DNA of 64,000 nucleotides from Lama guanicoe (lineage: Eukaryota): assembly GCA_013239625.1 (NCBI GenBank), contig MU054212.1:7600270-7664269 (forward strand). Direction: 5' to 3'. Below are positions 38,676-53,170 of the stretch, in pieces; positions within the stretch are counted from its first letter, which is position 1; each line of letters starts with the position of its first letter. A model generated the notes under the pieces. It saw only the letters and a program-made list of their open reading frames with translations, searched no databases and had not been told where the DNA came from. Both the position numbers and the translations under genes were made by a program.

Positions 38676-41269
38676 ATTTTAAAAAGGAAAAATTAAAAAC
38701 TTCAGTTAGACCTATTCTCAGTTAGATCAAGACCTAGAGGCATGCTAAAATAGGAATCTAGACTTAGAGGATGGCCTATAAGCAAATCTGTCGTTAAAGG
38801 GGTCAGATAGAGACTGTCTACTGAGCTAAGTCAGTAAGAGAATTTGAGCCCTTCAGCTGGACTAAAGAGTGTGATAGATGGTACGTGCTGCTTCGAAACC
38901 TGGAAGATCTAAACATCATTATGTGTTCAGATGTTTAACCGTCTATGAATGACTCTTCCAAGGAAAAGGAATCTATAAAAGAATCAAATGGCCAACTCAA
39001 TCGGTAACTCGATTACCACATAGCTTGGTAACTTTTCAAAAGGAAACAGAACAAAGTTAAAGCAGAAATGGACAGTTCTTGCAGACAGAGAAGTCTGGAA
39101 CCACATAAAAAGTGTCACAAATCCGATTTTATTAGTTGATTTCCATTCTATTGACTCTTCTTCCAAATAATTTTGAAACAAATCTATTTAGTATGCTATA
39201 TCCATCCTTTGGTTCAGAAAAGAAATGCTTTTGAGAGAGTTTAAATATCGTCCTGAACTTTATGGCTGTCATTACTAAGACACACCCAAAAAAAGTGTTG
39301 GGTTTTTTTTTAATTTGTGAGCTATAGTATCAGTATTTGTATTCCATTTTCTCACCAAAAGAAACAAAGTTAGAAATTTAATGTTTGTTGCAAGTCCTCA
39401 AACTGATTGATATTTATGTTTGATTGGTATGATCATCATTAAATATGACGCACTGGTCAGAAGTTAATTTCCATATAAACCTAAATGTGCAAACTAAGAG
39501 CAAACAACAAATTGGATTTGACAAGCCTAGTGGATTTGCTGAATTTCTCTCTAACTCCTGCCTTTAGCATCTCTGAACGAGTCCGTGGTGCAGCCAGTTG
39601 CTACATTTTAACAGCCGCATATGGATTCATTCAACATTCATCCACCTGGCATTTTCATCTAGCTGTTAGAACTATGATAAAGTCCAAAGCTAGCAGTCTG
39701 GTGTTCATGTCCCTTGTAACAGAGAAGAAAATACATTTTTTTCTGGCCCCAAATATTGCTTTATTTCTAGTAGCCATATGGCTTGTCTTTTCTTCCAAAA
39801 TGTATGTCTTAAAACAGTAATCCACATAGCATCTTCAACTCAGTGGACAGCATGGTTATAGAATTCCTACATTATTTTTAGAACAGTTATTTTGTCATGG
39901 AAAATAACTCTGGGGACGAGTGAGCGACGCACCTCTGCCCAACTCCCATTATACTGTTCTGTATTTCTAGTTTTCACTGTGATTTCTGCTGAATGAACCA
40001 ATTAATATCTTACCATCATCATTTAGCCTTTCTATCTTATTTGCAATCCATTATTAATCATTGTAGGACATTTGCTTAACTTGCAGGTTAAAAGTGACAA
40101 GAACGGATACATATTTCTTGGCTAAAACCACAGACTCTAGAAATAGTTTTTAGAGGGAAGAAAGACATCTGAGTTCAAATATCGGAATCTGTAAAATAGC
40201 TGTAACAATGCTAAAATCCTGTCCTTTGGGGAAAAAAAAGAGAGAAGTTGAAGGAAAAACCACCCCTGTTTTCTCCTAGGACCATACTAATTGGCACTGA
40301 AAAGCAAGGCAGAAAGTAAGTTAGATTTCCCCTTTCTCTTCTAAAATGAACATCTCCCAAGTCTTTAGAAAACTCTTGAATTAAACCTTTTAATCCAAAA
40401 GCAGAATAACCATTTAGAAGCTCCAAAAATTTAAGTTCTTTTCATAGTTTATAGTGAATGTTGAAAATGAGAGTTAACCTTTAAAACATGAAGTGTTCAT
40501 CTTATATGCAGAAATACCTCTTAGGCAGTTCAATTTAAACTGTCCACTCTGGTGGTCTTGATAGCTTGGAAAAGCAGAGCATCAACATGATAGTGACACA
40601 CTTCCGTTTATCTTAATGAATTGTAAATTTTAGATTGAATTAATCTTCAAGGTAGAGTTTTATACATGTGTGCATGAGACACAAATTACCTAATATATCA
40701 TACAGCATAGTTTATTAAGAACAACTTCACTAGGCACAATGAAGCTATGAGCCAATCAAACCTTTAAGAGTCATTTTAGCCATTAATCTGTAATTGGGTG
40801 TACTGATTGAAATAAACCCTCACATACAAGGGAAAGATGAAGCCGCTACTTAAGGGTCAGTGATAAAGAATGGTTTGCAGAGACAGCTATTTTTCTGAGT
40901 ATATTTATGTACACATGTCTTCTGGTTCAAAAACAAACATACCTGAATTTTGAAACAGCAAAATTGAAATCTTGAAATCTCAAGATTTCTTTGACTCATA
41001 AAATCATCTGAGCATATCATTTTGTTGGAGTATTAAATTTACTAATACCAAGTACAATGAAGTGATTTCATGCCTCATACTTTTAAAAATTGTTTCAAAA
41101 TATTTATATGACCATTATTTTCTAACATAGCAGAAAACAATGTCATTTTAAAGTACCAACCAGTTAAGTAAGAAATATGTAGCGATGATATTGGCTCACT
41201 TTCTTACTAATATCCATCAAGGTAGAGGCACAGCACTGATTTGTACATTTTAAGAATGAAATTAACGTG

Positions 41270-43330
41270 GATTTCCGCTTCTAGGGCTGCGGCTGACTAG
41301 AGACTTTAAAAGTCCTTTTTCAAGAAAACAACTCAAGGATGTGTAATGAGTAGTTTTGATTGCATGACTGGGCTCATGGGATGTGGGGAAAGTATCTCAC
41401 TCTCCTCTCCCCCAAGAAAGGCCTTTGAAAACTGATCAGTGAGCAGTCAACACACCCAAGGGGCTGGATGATCTTATGAGCAAGGTTAATATCAACATTA
41501 CGGTAGGAAGACTGAATATTAGATTAGCAACATAGTCCTGGAGCTGTTCCTGAAAATCCTGTATTAAGCCAGAGACTTAATACAGTGAAGGGTGATAAAA
41601 TAGTTACAAAGTTGTCCTTGCCACCTGGCTCATAGTAAAAGCAAATACAAATTTATCTGTAGAGGAAAACATTCACAATTTGAGTAATCAGATGTGTCTT
41701 AGATTAAGATCAACCAGACATGAGCATACAACTTGAAATGTCCAAAAACAAGAAAACCAACTATAATCTATAAAAGCCAGCAGAAGTAACAAGAACAAAA
41801 GTAAATTCTCAATGATTTTATTCAAAAACAGACAAAACTAACCTATGGTCATAGAAGTCAGGTTAGTCATTACTCTGGTGGTAGTGACTGGTAGAGGACA
41901 CTAAGAGGGCATCTAAGATGCTAATAACATTATGTTTTCTGATCTATGTGCTAATTACATAGGTAGTTCACTTCGGGAAAATTCATTGAGTTATATATTT
42001 ATTATTATTTCCCCATGTATGTTAATCTTCAATTAAGTATACCTTTAAAAAAGCAATAAGCATGCAAACCCTGTGGAGCAATCACGAACAATATTTTTTA
42101 AAGTATAATTCACATGCTAAGAGAGGACGTAAAATAGAGTCATAGAAAATGCTTAATTAAAACTAGAGAAGACAGACAACTAGGGGAGAGAAACAAAGAA
42201 CAAACACAACAAATTAAAAAAAGATACAAACATGATAGCTATTAATCTAATCATATCAATAAAATCACTTTAAATGTGAATGGTCTAAATACGCCAATTA
42301 AAAGACAAAGATTGTCCAAGTGGATAGCAAAATAAGACCCAACTGTACGTTGGCTGTAAGAAATGAGTTTAAACACAAGGGTTCATATAGATTAAAACTA
42401 AAGGAATAGAGAAATATATACCATGTTAATGTAATTTTAAAAAGCTGACCTATATACTAAATTCAAACAAGCAGGCTTTGGAATAATAAAAATCATCAGG
42501 GATAAAGAGAGGCACATATAATGATGAGGTGATCAGTTCTCCAATTACAGATAACCATTTTTAATATGTATACACCTAACATAAAAATATATCAGGCAAA
42601 AACTGATAGAATTGCAGGGAGAAATAAGCCCGCTACTACAGCTCAGACTTCAACGTCTCGCTGCCAGTACTGACAGAAAAAGCAGGCATAAAATCAGTGA
42701 AGATAAAGACGACTTGAACTGCATTATCAATTACCTTGACCTAACTGACATTTATGGAATACTCCATCCAACAACAGTGAAATGCACATTCTTCTCAAGT
42801 TCACATGGAACAGTTACAAAAGTTATTATCACATTCTGGGCCAAACAACAAAATTTACACATTTGTAAGAGTAGAAATTCCACAAAGTATGTCCTCAGAC
42901 CATAGGGAATTAAATTAGAAATCAGTAACAGAAAGATAGCTGGAAAAAACCCTCAAATTTTGGAGATTAAACAAAACGCTTATAACACATGAGTTAGAGA
43001 AAAAAAATTGCTGGGGTGGAAATATGTATATTTTCAACTAAATTAAAGTGAATGTACATCTTATCAAAATACGTGGGATGAAGCAAAGGCAGTGTGTAGA
43101 GTAAAATTATAGCACTAAATACATATTTTTTAAAAAGAAGAAAAACCTAAAAGGAGTAATCTAGCTTCCACCTTAGAAAACTAAGAAAGAAAAGCAAATT
43201 AAGGCAAAACAACAAGAAAAGAGCACACAGTAAAATAATTAGAGTAGAAATCAATGAAATTGAAAATAGGAGAACAGAGAAAATCAACAAAATCAAAGAG
43301 CTGGTCCTTTAGAAAGTTCAATAAAACCTT
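41270..43330 (+). mobile_element. Cluster of old L1 fragments (5'UTR-like, L1ME-like 3' end, ORF2 endonuclease region)
   Basis: ITLNVNGLNTPIKRQRL motif at about 42265-42315 and DLTDIYGILHPT..TFFSSSHGT in ORF 42612-42905. Confidence 0.78.
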
Positions 43331-43529
43331 TCAATCGCTTAATGCAGAGATTACTGATAAGTATAATGAGTCCCCAAAGGAGATGAGGAATTCCTCTGAA
43401 AGAAGATTTTAAGTTTATTAAAACAATGACAACAAGAGGCACTTATCGAATGCATGCCACAGTGCCTGCACCCTGAGACTGTTAATGCATAATTTTACTA
43501 TCATTGATGTTTACTATAATTCTTGTGTC

Positions 43530-43860
43530 TGTTACTCTATAGGTGAGTGGGTTTTCCCTCTCTGGCTTCTTTCAAGATACTCTCTTCGTCTTTGTCTTTC
43601 TGCAGTTTGAATATGATATGCTTAGCTGTATATGCGTGTTTTAGTTAGTTTCGTTGTATTAATTGTATTTGGTGTTCTCTGAGCTTCCTTCTTCCTGGAT
43701 CTGTGGTTTGTTGATTCTATTGACATTTCTTCAACCCAGCGATTCTTTCCTTGTCATGTCTAATCTATTGATGACCCAACAAAGACCTTCTTCACTTTTG
43801 GTACAGCATATTTAAAATTTTTAACACTTCCTGTGTATCTTTCTTATAATTTCCACCTCT
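43530..43860 (-). mobile_element. L1 ORF1-region fragment
   Basis: Reverse-strand L1 ORF1-like sequence (GTTCTCTGAGCTTCC...GGATCTGTGGTTTG). Confidence 0.6.
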
Positions 43861-43864
43861 CTGC

Positions 43865-44170
43865 AGCTATAACAAATACCACCCACTGGGTGGCTTACAA
43901 ACAGCAAGCCTCTGTCTCTCACAGTTCTGGAGACTGGGAAGTCTGAGCTCAAGGCGCCAGCCTTGGTCACACTTCCGTAAGGACATTCCTTCTGTCTGGT
44001 TCATAGCTGGCACCATCTCACTGTCCTCACATGGGAGAGGCTAGGGATGTCTCTGGAGCATCTTTTACAAGGCAGTGATTTTGTTCATGAAGGTTTCACT
44101 CTCAAGACTTAAGCACTTCTCAAAGGTCCCACCTACTAATCTCATCACATTGGGCATTAGGATCTCAAGT
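43865..44170 (-). mobile_element. MaLR LTR (MLT1A/B-like)
   Basis: ATAACAAATACCAC..CTGGGTGGCTTA..CTCACAGTTCTGGAGACTGGGAAGTC. Confidence 0.78.
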
Positions 44171-44344
44171 TTGCCATGAAATAATTCATAGGTTTTCAAT
44201 ATTTATATTCTAGATTAGCCATTGGATTAAACTTTAGTTAAAATGAACCTATGAGTTGGTCTTTGTGTATAACTACATAGCACTAGAAACAATGGACTCT
44301 TAGTGCTGCACTGATCCTATGCTTTTCAAACTATTATCTAGACC

Positions 44345-44540
44345 ACTGTTTGTCCAAGTGTGACCCCAGGACTAACAGTGTATGTCAGTCTCACCTGGAA
44401 ACTTGTTAGAAGAGCAAATCCTTAAGCCTCACCCCAGACCAACTGAATCAGAAACTCAAAAGGGTGGAGCCCAAAAAATCTTCATTTTAACAAGCCCTCC
44501 AGGTGCTTCTGAGGCTATCTCAGGTTTGAAAATCACTGAT
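44345..44540. mobile_element. MER5A-like hAT MITE
   Basis: CACCCCAGACCAACTGAATCAGAAACTC ... TTTAACAAGCCCTCCAGGTG ... TTTGAAAATCACTG. Confidence 0.8.
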
Positions 44541-44829
44541 CAAACTAAATTATATTTGCACTTGTTACTGGAATATAGTTATAATTTTCTAATTAAATTG
44601 TCTGTTAGCTTTGCACTAGTTGTAAAAAAAAAGTTACTCAATTAGTCATTATTAATGACTCTATTACTCTGGAGATTTATCTCAAGGAGTCACAGAGTGA
44701 GTATCTAAAATCATACACGGTTTGAATGTGTAAAAGCAGAATGGCAGATTTACAAGTTTTATGTCTTACTGTGATTGGAAAGGAAGTTTCCATTTTATAA
44801 GATAATCTATTTTTAACTAAGCTATTTTT

Positions 44830-46230
44830 ATTTTTAAGCTTTTCATTGTGAAATAATTTTATACTTGCAAAAACTGCACAAAGAATTTCTATATACCCTT
44901 CATCCAGCCACCCTAACAGTCAAGACTTCACATAACCATAGTGCAATGGTCATAACCAGGAAATTGAAAATATTATTAAATGATCCCAAATTTCACCAGT
45001 TGTCCTGTTAGTGTCCATTTTCAAATCCAAGATCTAACGGGGATTGTACATTGCATTTAGTTGCTATGTCTCCTAAGTCTCCTCTAATCTTGGGCAGTTC
45101 TTTGTTGCTTTCTTTTTCATGACCTTGGAACTTTTGAAGCATGTAGGTCAGCCAGCTATTTGGCAGTACATCCTTCAATTTTGGTTTGTCTGATATCTTC
45201 TTATGACTAAATTCAAATTATTTGTTTCCGATAAGAATACTCTCCTTGTGCTTTGTATCAATATGTTGTTGCTGATCATCTTTGATCACGTGTTAAGGTG
45301 ATGATGTCTGCCAGGTTTATTCATGTAAAGTTACAATATTCCCCTTTATAATTAGTAAGTATCTTATGGGGAAAATAATTTGAGGTTATGAAAATATTCT
45401 GTTTCTCATGATAGTTTCCCATTAATTTTAGGATCCACTGATGATTCTTGCCTGTAATGATTATTACCATGATACTCACCAAATGGTGATTTAAAAAAAA
45501 ATCATTTCTTCTTTATTTGTTCATTGAAGTTTTTCTATAATGAAGAGCCATCCTTTACTTTCTTTTATTTCTATATTCAATTGTATTTTTATACCAGTAT
45601 GAGCTCACAAAAATTTACCTTATTCTGTGGATTATACTCCACCACTATCCGTCTTTATTTTGTTGCTCAAACTGACCCAGATGGCAGCCACTGGGAACTA
45701 CAAGTGGCTGGGAACTCCTTTCATTGTGCTGTTGTTATCTTTTGAGCACTTGCTCACTTTCTGACATCAGATATTATTCCAGACTCATTTTGTACTCTTC
45801 CTATCCCAACCCAGGAATCAGTATTTCTCCAAAAAGCACTAGCTCATTCAAGAATGAGATTTAGAAACTAAGATCCGGGCATTTGTTGTGCTCATGGCTA
45901 CCAAGTCATCCATGCTTCTAGGCACTCCCAATGGAGGGAGTTAAGAAATATACGTATACCCACTTAAATGCATCCATGTCTATTTCTCTATCCATCTATC
46001 ATCTATATACATATCAAATCATATGTAATGCTGATTCCCCCACTTTCGATCCAGTACCACATGGTTCATTCTAGTTACTCCCTTTTCCTAATTTGTAACT
46101 ACTTTCCCTGAAGAAAAAAATTTGGCTTTCATTATTCACAACATACTTATTTTCTCAGTCCCAGAATACACATAAAATAATTTCAGGATTGCTAATGCAT
46201 ACCTCTGTGAAAAATAAATTAAAGTTAAAT
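44830..46230 (-). mobile_element. Old L1 3'UTR (L1MC4/5-like)
   Basis: ACATTGCATTTAGTTGCTATGTCTCC and TTTAGAAACTAAGATCCGGGCA motifs. Confidence 0.68.
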
Positions 46231-46949
46231 ATTTGTGTTCCAGACATTTAGAAAGACATATAATAAAGAATTCATGTTTTGCGCTTAGACAGTTACACAT
46301 TTCCAGAATTTTGTATTGCTATTTAACATGTAGTTAAAAATCTTCAGCCCCAAAAGCATCAATCCAGGTCCGAAATTTTCCACTGTTAGCACCTAATGAA
46401 TTTCAATTATATAAAGTTCCGTATCCTACATTTCTCATATTATTAAAGGTTCCTTTATTCCCACCCCCCTCATTTTTATTTAGAAAAGAGAACAAATGGC
46501 AACAGCGTATCAGCTCCATAAGGACAGTGATTTTGTTTTTTGGTTTTTCATTTTCTTTCTCCACTGTAGCTCTAGTGCCTGGAAATGAACTTGACCTATA
46601 CCAGCCACTCAACAAAAATTGGTTGACTAGAGTATTCAAATAATTACACAAACAGTTGTAGAATATTGGCAATTCTGCCGAAATTAAGCTGTTGGTGGAC
46701 AAGCGATCACCACTAGGTGACAGTATAAAACATTCATACCTTGACTAATGCACAGATGTTCCAAATGGGCCCATGAAAGGAAAGTTAGGGATGTCTCTAT
46801 GCAATACCCACAGTTTCCCTTAGGAAAATCTAGTGGTACCTACGTAAGGAAAGCATTATACAAACCCATTAAGTGCTCATCTGTGATAACAGGACAAACA
46901 TCTTTCATTCAGTAAATACAGATTTTTATCTAAACTACCGTATGTTGGA

Positions 46950-47900
46950 GGAAAATCAGTAGCATCCATGGCAAAAACCACAATGAATAAACCAAAAAAT
47001 TAACTTTGCAGGAATCAGAAGTAATCTAGGAACCAAAATGAAAGTTTAAAATACTCAAATTAGTTTCCCCAGAGAAGTTGAAGATGATATTGTATCCGGA
47101 ACACATGAAGAGACTACTATTTTAAGAATAAAGGAGCCATTAGAGAGTAAGAGTTTGTAGAAATTAAAATTTTAATTGTGATTACAAAATAAATCAGTCG
47201 ATGCACTGAATAAAAGAGTAATCAGGCAAGACCAAGCTCAGCACTAGAAAGATTATGTTTAAGAAATTTCTCACAATGTAGAATATATACTATATAATAT
47301 ATAAAATGTATTATATGTATTTATATATAATGTGTTATATGTATTAATAATATATAAGAAAGCATAGCATGCTTGCTTCTTTACAACATGGAGGTTCAAT
47401 TCCAGAATGTCAATGTTAATCTAATAGATATTCCAGGAGGAGTTAATGATTAATGAAGGGAAGGAAATATCAAAGAAATAGTAGAAACATTTTTGATTGA
47501 AAGAACTTAGCAGGTGTTGAGCTGGATATACAGCAGAAACCCATATATTGAGTTATTCTGGTGAAATTTGAGAGCTTGAGGGATAAAGAGGAAATCAAGA
47601 AATCTTCCAAGGAAAAGATAATAATGAAAAAGATATGTATAACAAGTGAAACCAAACTGATCTCAGCAAAATTAGATGCTCAGAGACAGTGGAAAATGCT
47701 ATCCAATTTAAGTGGGAAAATGATTTAAAATAATACTTCTATGTATAGTTAATCTATCAATTACATTTGAGATATATTTTTAAGATATAAGGACAAAGTT
47801 TACAAGCCATCCTTCCTCACTATGAATAGATGATGCTTGGAATATTGTAAAATAAAGAAAAAAGAAATAAAAGAGGAAAATTACTATGAGAAAAGAGGCC
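46950..47900 (+). mobile_element. HAL1/L1ME ORF1-like remnant
   Basis: A-rich decayed ORF1-like sequence (TCTAATAGATATTCCAGGAG; TAGATGCTCAGAGACAGTGGA). Confidence 0.5.
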
Positions 47901-48559
47901 ATTAGCCTGAGTATGAACTAAAGGAATGGTCCTCAACCCTGTTCAAACATTAGAATCACATCTGGAGCTTTTACAAATACTATTGTCCAAAGAGAAGGGC
48001 ATCTGGAATGCTGATAAGGTTTTGTGTTTTAGATTATAATTATACAGAACATGTAGTAATATTTAGTCACAAAAATTACACACACCTAATTTCAACCCCA
48101 GACTTAACTAAATCAGAAAACCTAGGGGGTTCCGTCCAAGTGTAGACATTTTTTAAAAGCTCCTCAGGTCATTATAATTTGCATCCAAAATTGAACTACT
48201 GCCCCCAGGAGAAACTGCAATGTGGACAAATTAATATTTTTGAACCCCTGGTGCAGAAGGTTAAGCTAACCATGCTCCTTCATTCATAACATATCAAATA
48301 CCCGTATTGTTTTATTCATTCCTTAAGTTATGTGTTCCTTCATTTTCATCTCCCATTCCCATTTTCCATTCTTCCCCAGACAGTGTGCTCTTGTTTTTAA
48401 TGTCTGTCCTTTTGCTTATATGCTTTGTATAAAATATGAATTGTTGTGTAGGCTTGTAATTTTAATTTAGTTAAAATATATTATATCTGATAACTTATTC
48501 TGTTACTTTAGACAGTTACTGTCAAATATTATCAATCAAAAACTAGTACAACAATTATA

Positions 48560-49240
48560 AAATCTATTGATTATAATTTATAAATAAATATATCTATTAT
48601 ATATCCAAATAAACAGCTATTATATATAATGTATACGTAATTTACATTATATATTATAATATTTATATATTATATAAAATATGTTATTTATATTTATATC
48701 AAATACATATATTTATATATATAATTTATATGGTATATTATATATTATATAACATATATATGTTATATATAACATATAATATATAATATATACATATACA
48801 TTATATATTATATAATATTATATTAGATATTATATTATATTATATATTATATTATATAATATATTATAAATTTATATATTTATATTAAATGCATTATATA
48901 ATATATAATATATATTCATATTATATAATAATATACATTATATAATATATTTATACATATAAATACATATATATACATACATAAATACATATATTTATAT
49001 TTATGTTATATAAATATATTTTATATTAATATAAATATTTTTATATTTATAAATATTTCATTCATACTTTATATAAATATAAATATATATATAATTTATA
49101 TAATGTATAATATATTTATATATGATTTATATATTATATAATATATAAAATTTATATTATAATGTATTACATATTATATGATATATTTATAAATTATATA
49201 TAAATAAATATATTTATTATAATCTGTATTATAAAATATA
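48560..49240. repeat. Degenerate (TA)n low-complexity tract of about 680 bp
   Basis: Almost entirely A/T with interspersed TATA, TAA and ATT units. Confidence 0.95.
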
Positions 49241-50944
49241 TCAATATAATGGTTAACAGCAAGATTAAAAATAAAACAAAAAATATTTTAGAATATTTAA
49301 TTTTAGAGTACAGAATTGAGCCAGGGAATAGAGATCTTCCATTTTATTAGACTTTAATTTTCAAGATTACTTCCTTCTCAGAAAGATCAAATCCTTTTAC
49401 TTTTCAGGGCATGTAGTACTAGTATGGCACATTGTATGTGATGTTTAGCTATTATTCTCCTTCTGAAGTTTTAATTTGAGTATTATAGGACTTTTTGATG
49501 TATTAGTGTCATGTTTTGGACTAACTCTTATGCTTGTGTTTAGCACGGCGTAGCATATTTTCAAAATCCATGGAATGTTCGTAGGCTCCTATCGTGAATG
49601 TGAAAACATTTTTTTTACAAGTGACAGCTTTCTCTGATTGCATTGCTTTGCTGGAAAAAAAGATCAGCTTTCAACCAACAAATTTATGATCTCTTGAAAC
49701 CAGCATATTAAAAATGGGACAAGTATCATAATTTGATCTGAAATAACAGCACATATATTTGTGTGTACATCCTCCAGGATAAACTTGCAGGAATGCATTT
49801 AATTAAACATATCTAAATAGTGAAGCATGTGTAAAAGCAGGCAAAAAGAATAAAAAATGTAGAAAGTTACACAGTCTTTGGGTATCTATAATATTCTGAT
49901 CTCAAATAAACATACATGGAATAAGATGAATTCTTCCATTCCACAGATGCCAAAAGAGGAAGAAGAGCTTCCAGCTGCCACTGGGAGAGACAGCTGCTAC
50001 TTAGCCAGGGATGCCTTAGGAGTTAGCCAAGATGGTCAGGCAATGAGCACCAAGCTGAACCCCCAACAAAAGTAAGAAAAACAATTTTATATGTTCATTC
50101 TGTTAGTGAGTTTCTTATTGAAATAAGAAACCCTCGATACAATGTTCATACCCTCGATTCATTGTTCTTTATATCTGTGGCACATTCTAGCTGAAAAGCT
50201 AGAATGGCAAGACCATGCTGTGATATGCTATGGAAGATTAAGTAGAAGAAAAACTTCATAGTATAGAACAAACATGCATATAGGCATACACGTATCTGAA
50301 AACATAGGACTTTAAATCGGCGGAAATGGATATCTTAATTTTACCCATTTATTACTGAATATTTTGCAATGGTTCTTACTGGTGAAGAAATGAAGAAGGT
50401 AAGGTGTACCTCTTTGGATGCTGCATTACTTTCTCAATGGGAAAGTGAATTAGCTGACTCTGTATTCACAGGATAATTACAAGCTCACAGATGTACACAC
50501 AGCCACAGAAGGCATGGTCCAATGAAAAGAGTAATTTGGGGCAAGATTGAATCGATGACCTTACTACCAACCTATATACTCTAGTGTGTAGATAACATCA
50601 CAGAGAAAAAAAAAGAATGAAGTTTTATATACATATATATCCTTAACACTTCATTATTTGATTTTATCCATTTGATAACCCTGAAAGGTAATTAGCACCA
50701 ATGTTGAGTATTTCCATGTTACAGGTGACTAAACTGAGAGTGAAAAAAATCAAATACTTGCCCAAGTCCCCACAGCTAGAGGTAGCATGAGACATGGTGC
50801 CAGGCCATGGGAATCAACGTGACTCTGCCATTTGTTCTATCTTATGACTTCAAATAACCACAGGTAGCCATGGCTTTATGTATATTTACCAAGTAATTGT
50901 CAGTTCTCAGCCATTTAGCAACATTATCCTTGATTACAATACCT

Positions 50945-51080
50945 ATACTGCAGAATAACTGCCCCCCCAAAATGCCCATGTCTTAATCCCTAGAACTTGG
51001 GAGTATGTTAAGGTTACATGACAAAGGGAAATTAAGGATGCTATTTAACTGACCTTAAAGTTCAGAGATCATGTGGGGTT
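50945..51080 (+). mobile_element. MLT1D-like LTR 5' fragment
   Basis: GCAGAATAACTGCCCCCCCAAAATGCCCATGTCTTAATCCCTAGAAC...TTACATGACAAAGGGA. Confidence 0.65.
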
Positions 51081-51334
51081 ACAGAGAAAGTAAAAATAGA
51101 CAGCTAAGACTTCGTCTTTTTAGGGTTTAGACATTAATTGAGGAAGAATGACAAAATTAACATGGGTAGAATAATACATCCATGTCTGTGCACAGAATAC
51201 TGGCATTTCTGTAGGGCTGTTGTCTCTTCTCATAGCGTTGCTTCTATTTCCCTGGGGATGTATTCCCCTATCCACCCTTCTCCTCAGTCACGATGTTAGA
51301 AATGGACACAACCAAAGAAAATAGGTAGTATCTG

Positions 51335-52415
51335 AACAAAGGGGACCTAATTAAATGTCAAAGCTTTTGCACAGCAAAGGAAACCATGGATAAGATGAAA
51401 AGACAACCTACTGAAGGGGAATCAATATTTGCAAGTGATACAATTGATAAGGGATTAATATCCATAACATATAAACATCACATACAACTCAATAACAACA
51501 ACAACAAAACCCAATTAAAAAATGGGCAGAAGACCTAAACAGACATTTCTCCAAAGAAAACATACAGATGGCCAATAGGAACATGCTCAACATCACTAAT
51601 CATCAGAGAAATGCAAATCAAAACCACAGTGAGGTACCACCTCACACCTGTCAGAATGGCTATCATCAAAAAGACAAATAACAAATGTTGGCGAGGATAT
51701 GGAGAAAAAAAGAACCCTTGTGCACTATTAGTGAGAATGTAAATTGCTACAGCCACTATGGAAAACAGTATGGTGGGTCCTCAAAAAACTAAAAATAGAA
51801 CTCCTATATGATCCAGCAATTCCACTTCTGGGTATATATTTGAAGAAAATGAAAACACTAATTGGAAAAGATACCTGCACCCCAGTGTTCATAGCAGCAT
51901 TATTTATAATTGCCAAGATAGGGAAATAACCAAAGGGTCCATCAACAGATGACTGTGTGTGTGTGTGTATATATATATAAAATGGAATATTACTCAGCCA
52001 TAAAAAAGAATGAAATTCTGCCATTTGCAACAAAGTGGATGGATCTAGCAAGTATTACGCTTAGTGAAATAAGACAGAGAAAGACAGATATTCGATGCTA
52101 TCACTTACATGTGGAATCTGAAAAATAAAACAAATGAATGTACACAACAAAACAGAAACAGACTCACAAATATAGAGAACAAACTGGTAACTATGAGGGG
52201 AGAGAGAAGGGGCAAGACAGGGATGCGAGACTAAGAGATACAAACTACTAAGTACAAAATAGATAAGCAACAAGGATCTATTATACAACACAAGGAAATA
52301 TAGCCATTATCTTTAAATGGAGGATAATCTTTAAAAATACTGGATCACTACATTGTACACATGAAACTAATGTAATATTGTAAATCAACTATACTTTAAT
52401 TTTCAAAAGGTAAAG
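51335..52415 (+). mobile_element. Cetartiodactyl L1, 3' 1.1 kb
   Basis: Well-preserved ORF2 C-terminus ([30 protein letters not shown]) and 3'UTR. Imperfect flanking repeat AATAGGTA(GTA)TCTG. Confidence 0.9.
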
Positions 52416-52944
52416 AAAGAGACAATAGGTATCTGGATCGGTGTAGTTTTCCGACTGATTAACATATAATTAAAACAGAAAAGAGAGGAAAATGATACCC
52501 ACTTATGTGCCCATCAGATACAGCCACGGATGTTAATAGGCCCATATGTATTTGAGGATCATGTCATTAAACTGAAAGGAAGCCATTGGAGACTACAAAA
52601 TCCCACATATATACAATTTCATAAATTTATGAATAAGTGAAATAAATCAAAATATGACGCTCTGGCTGTGCCCCAGGCATTCTTTGAGGGAGGAGGTTTG
52701 ATCCGCACGGAACAAGCTTCAGCGTTAGGCTTCACCTGCTGGCAGGGCGCTCAGGCAGAGCAGTCCAAATACTGAAGCAGCCCTTTCCTCCCTCTCCCAG
52801 AGGTTGTTCCCATAGAGACTGCAAGGGAAGCAAAGCACAGGAGTGAGCTGGTACAGATGGCTGTGCACCACCACTGCCTTCCCCGGCTGGCAAATCAGTA
52901 GCTGTAACAAGCAGTGAAAACAACTCCAGAAAAACCTCGAATCA

Positions 52945-53170
52945 TCCATTAACTATCAGCACCTACTGTGTGCCAAGTAATGCGCAAAGCACTGGGGACA
53001 CGACGGTGAGCAAGTTAGGCGTGGTCCTAGCTTAGAGGCCGATGAGGAAACTGAAGTTTCGAGAAACGATAGTTTGTAACTTGCCAGACGTCACACAGCT
53101 AGCAAAAGTGGAGCCAAGATTCACACCAGCGTCTGACCTTCAAAGCTCATTCCCTCAGCCACCACCCTAG
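52945..53170 (-). mobile_element. L2 tail plus MIR fragments
   Basis: AGCACCTACTGTGTGCCAAG; GATGAGGAAACTGAAG...AACTTGCC...GTCACACAGCTAG. Confidence 0.65.
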
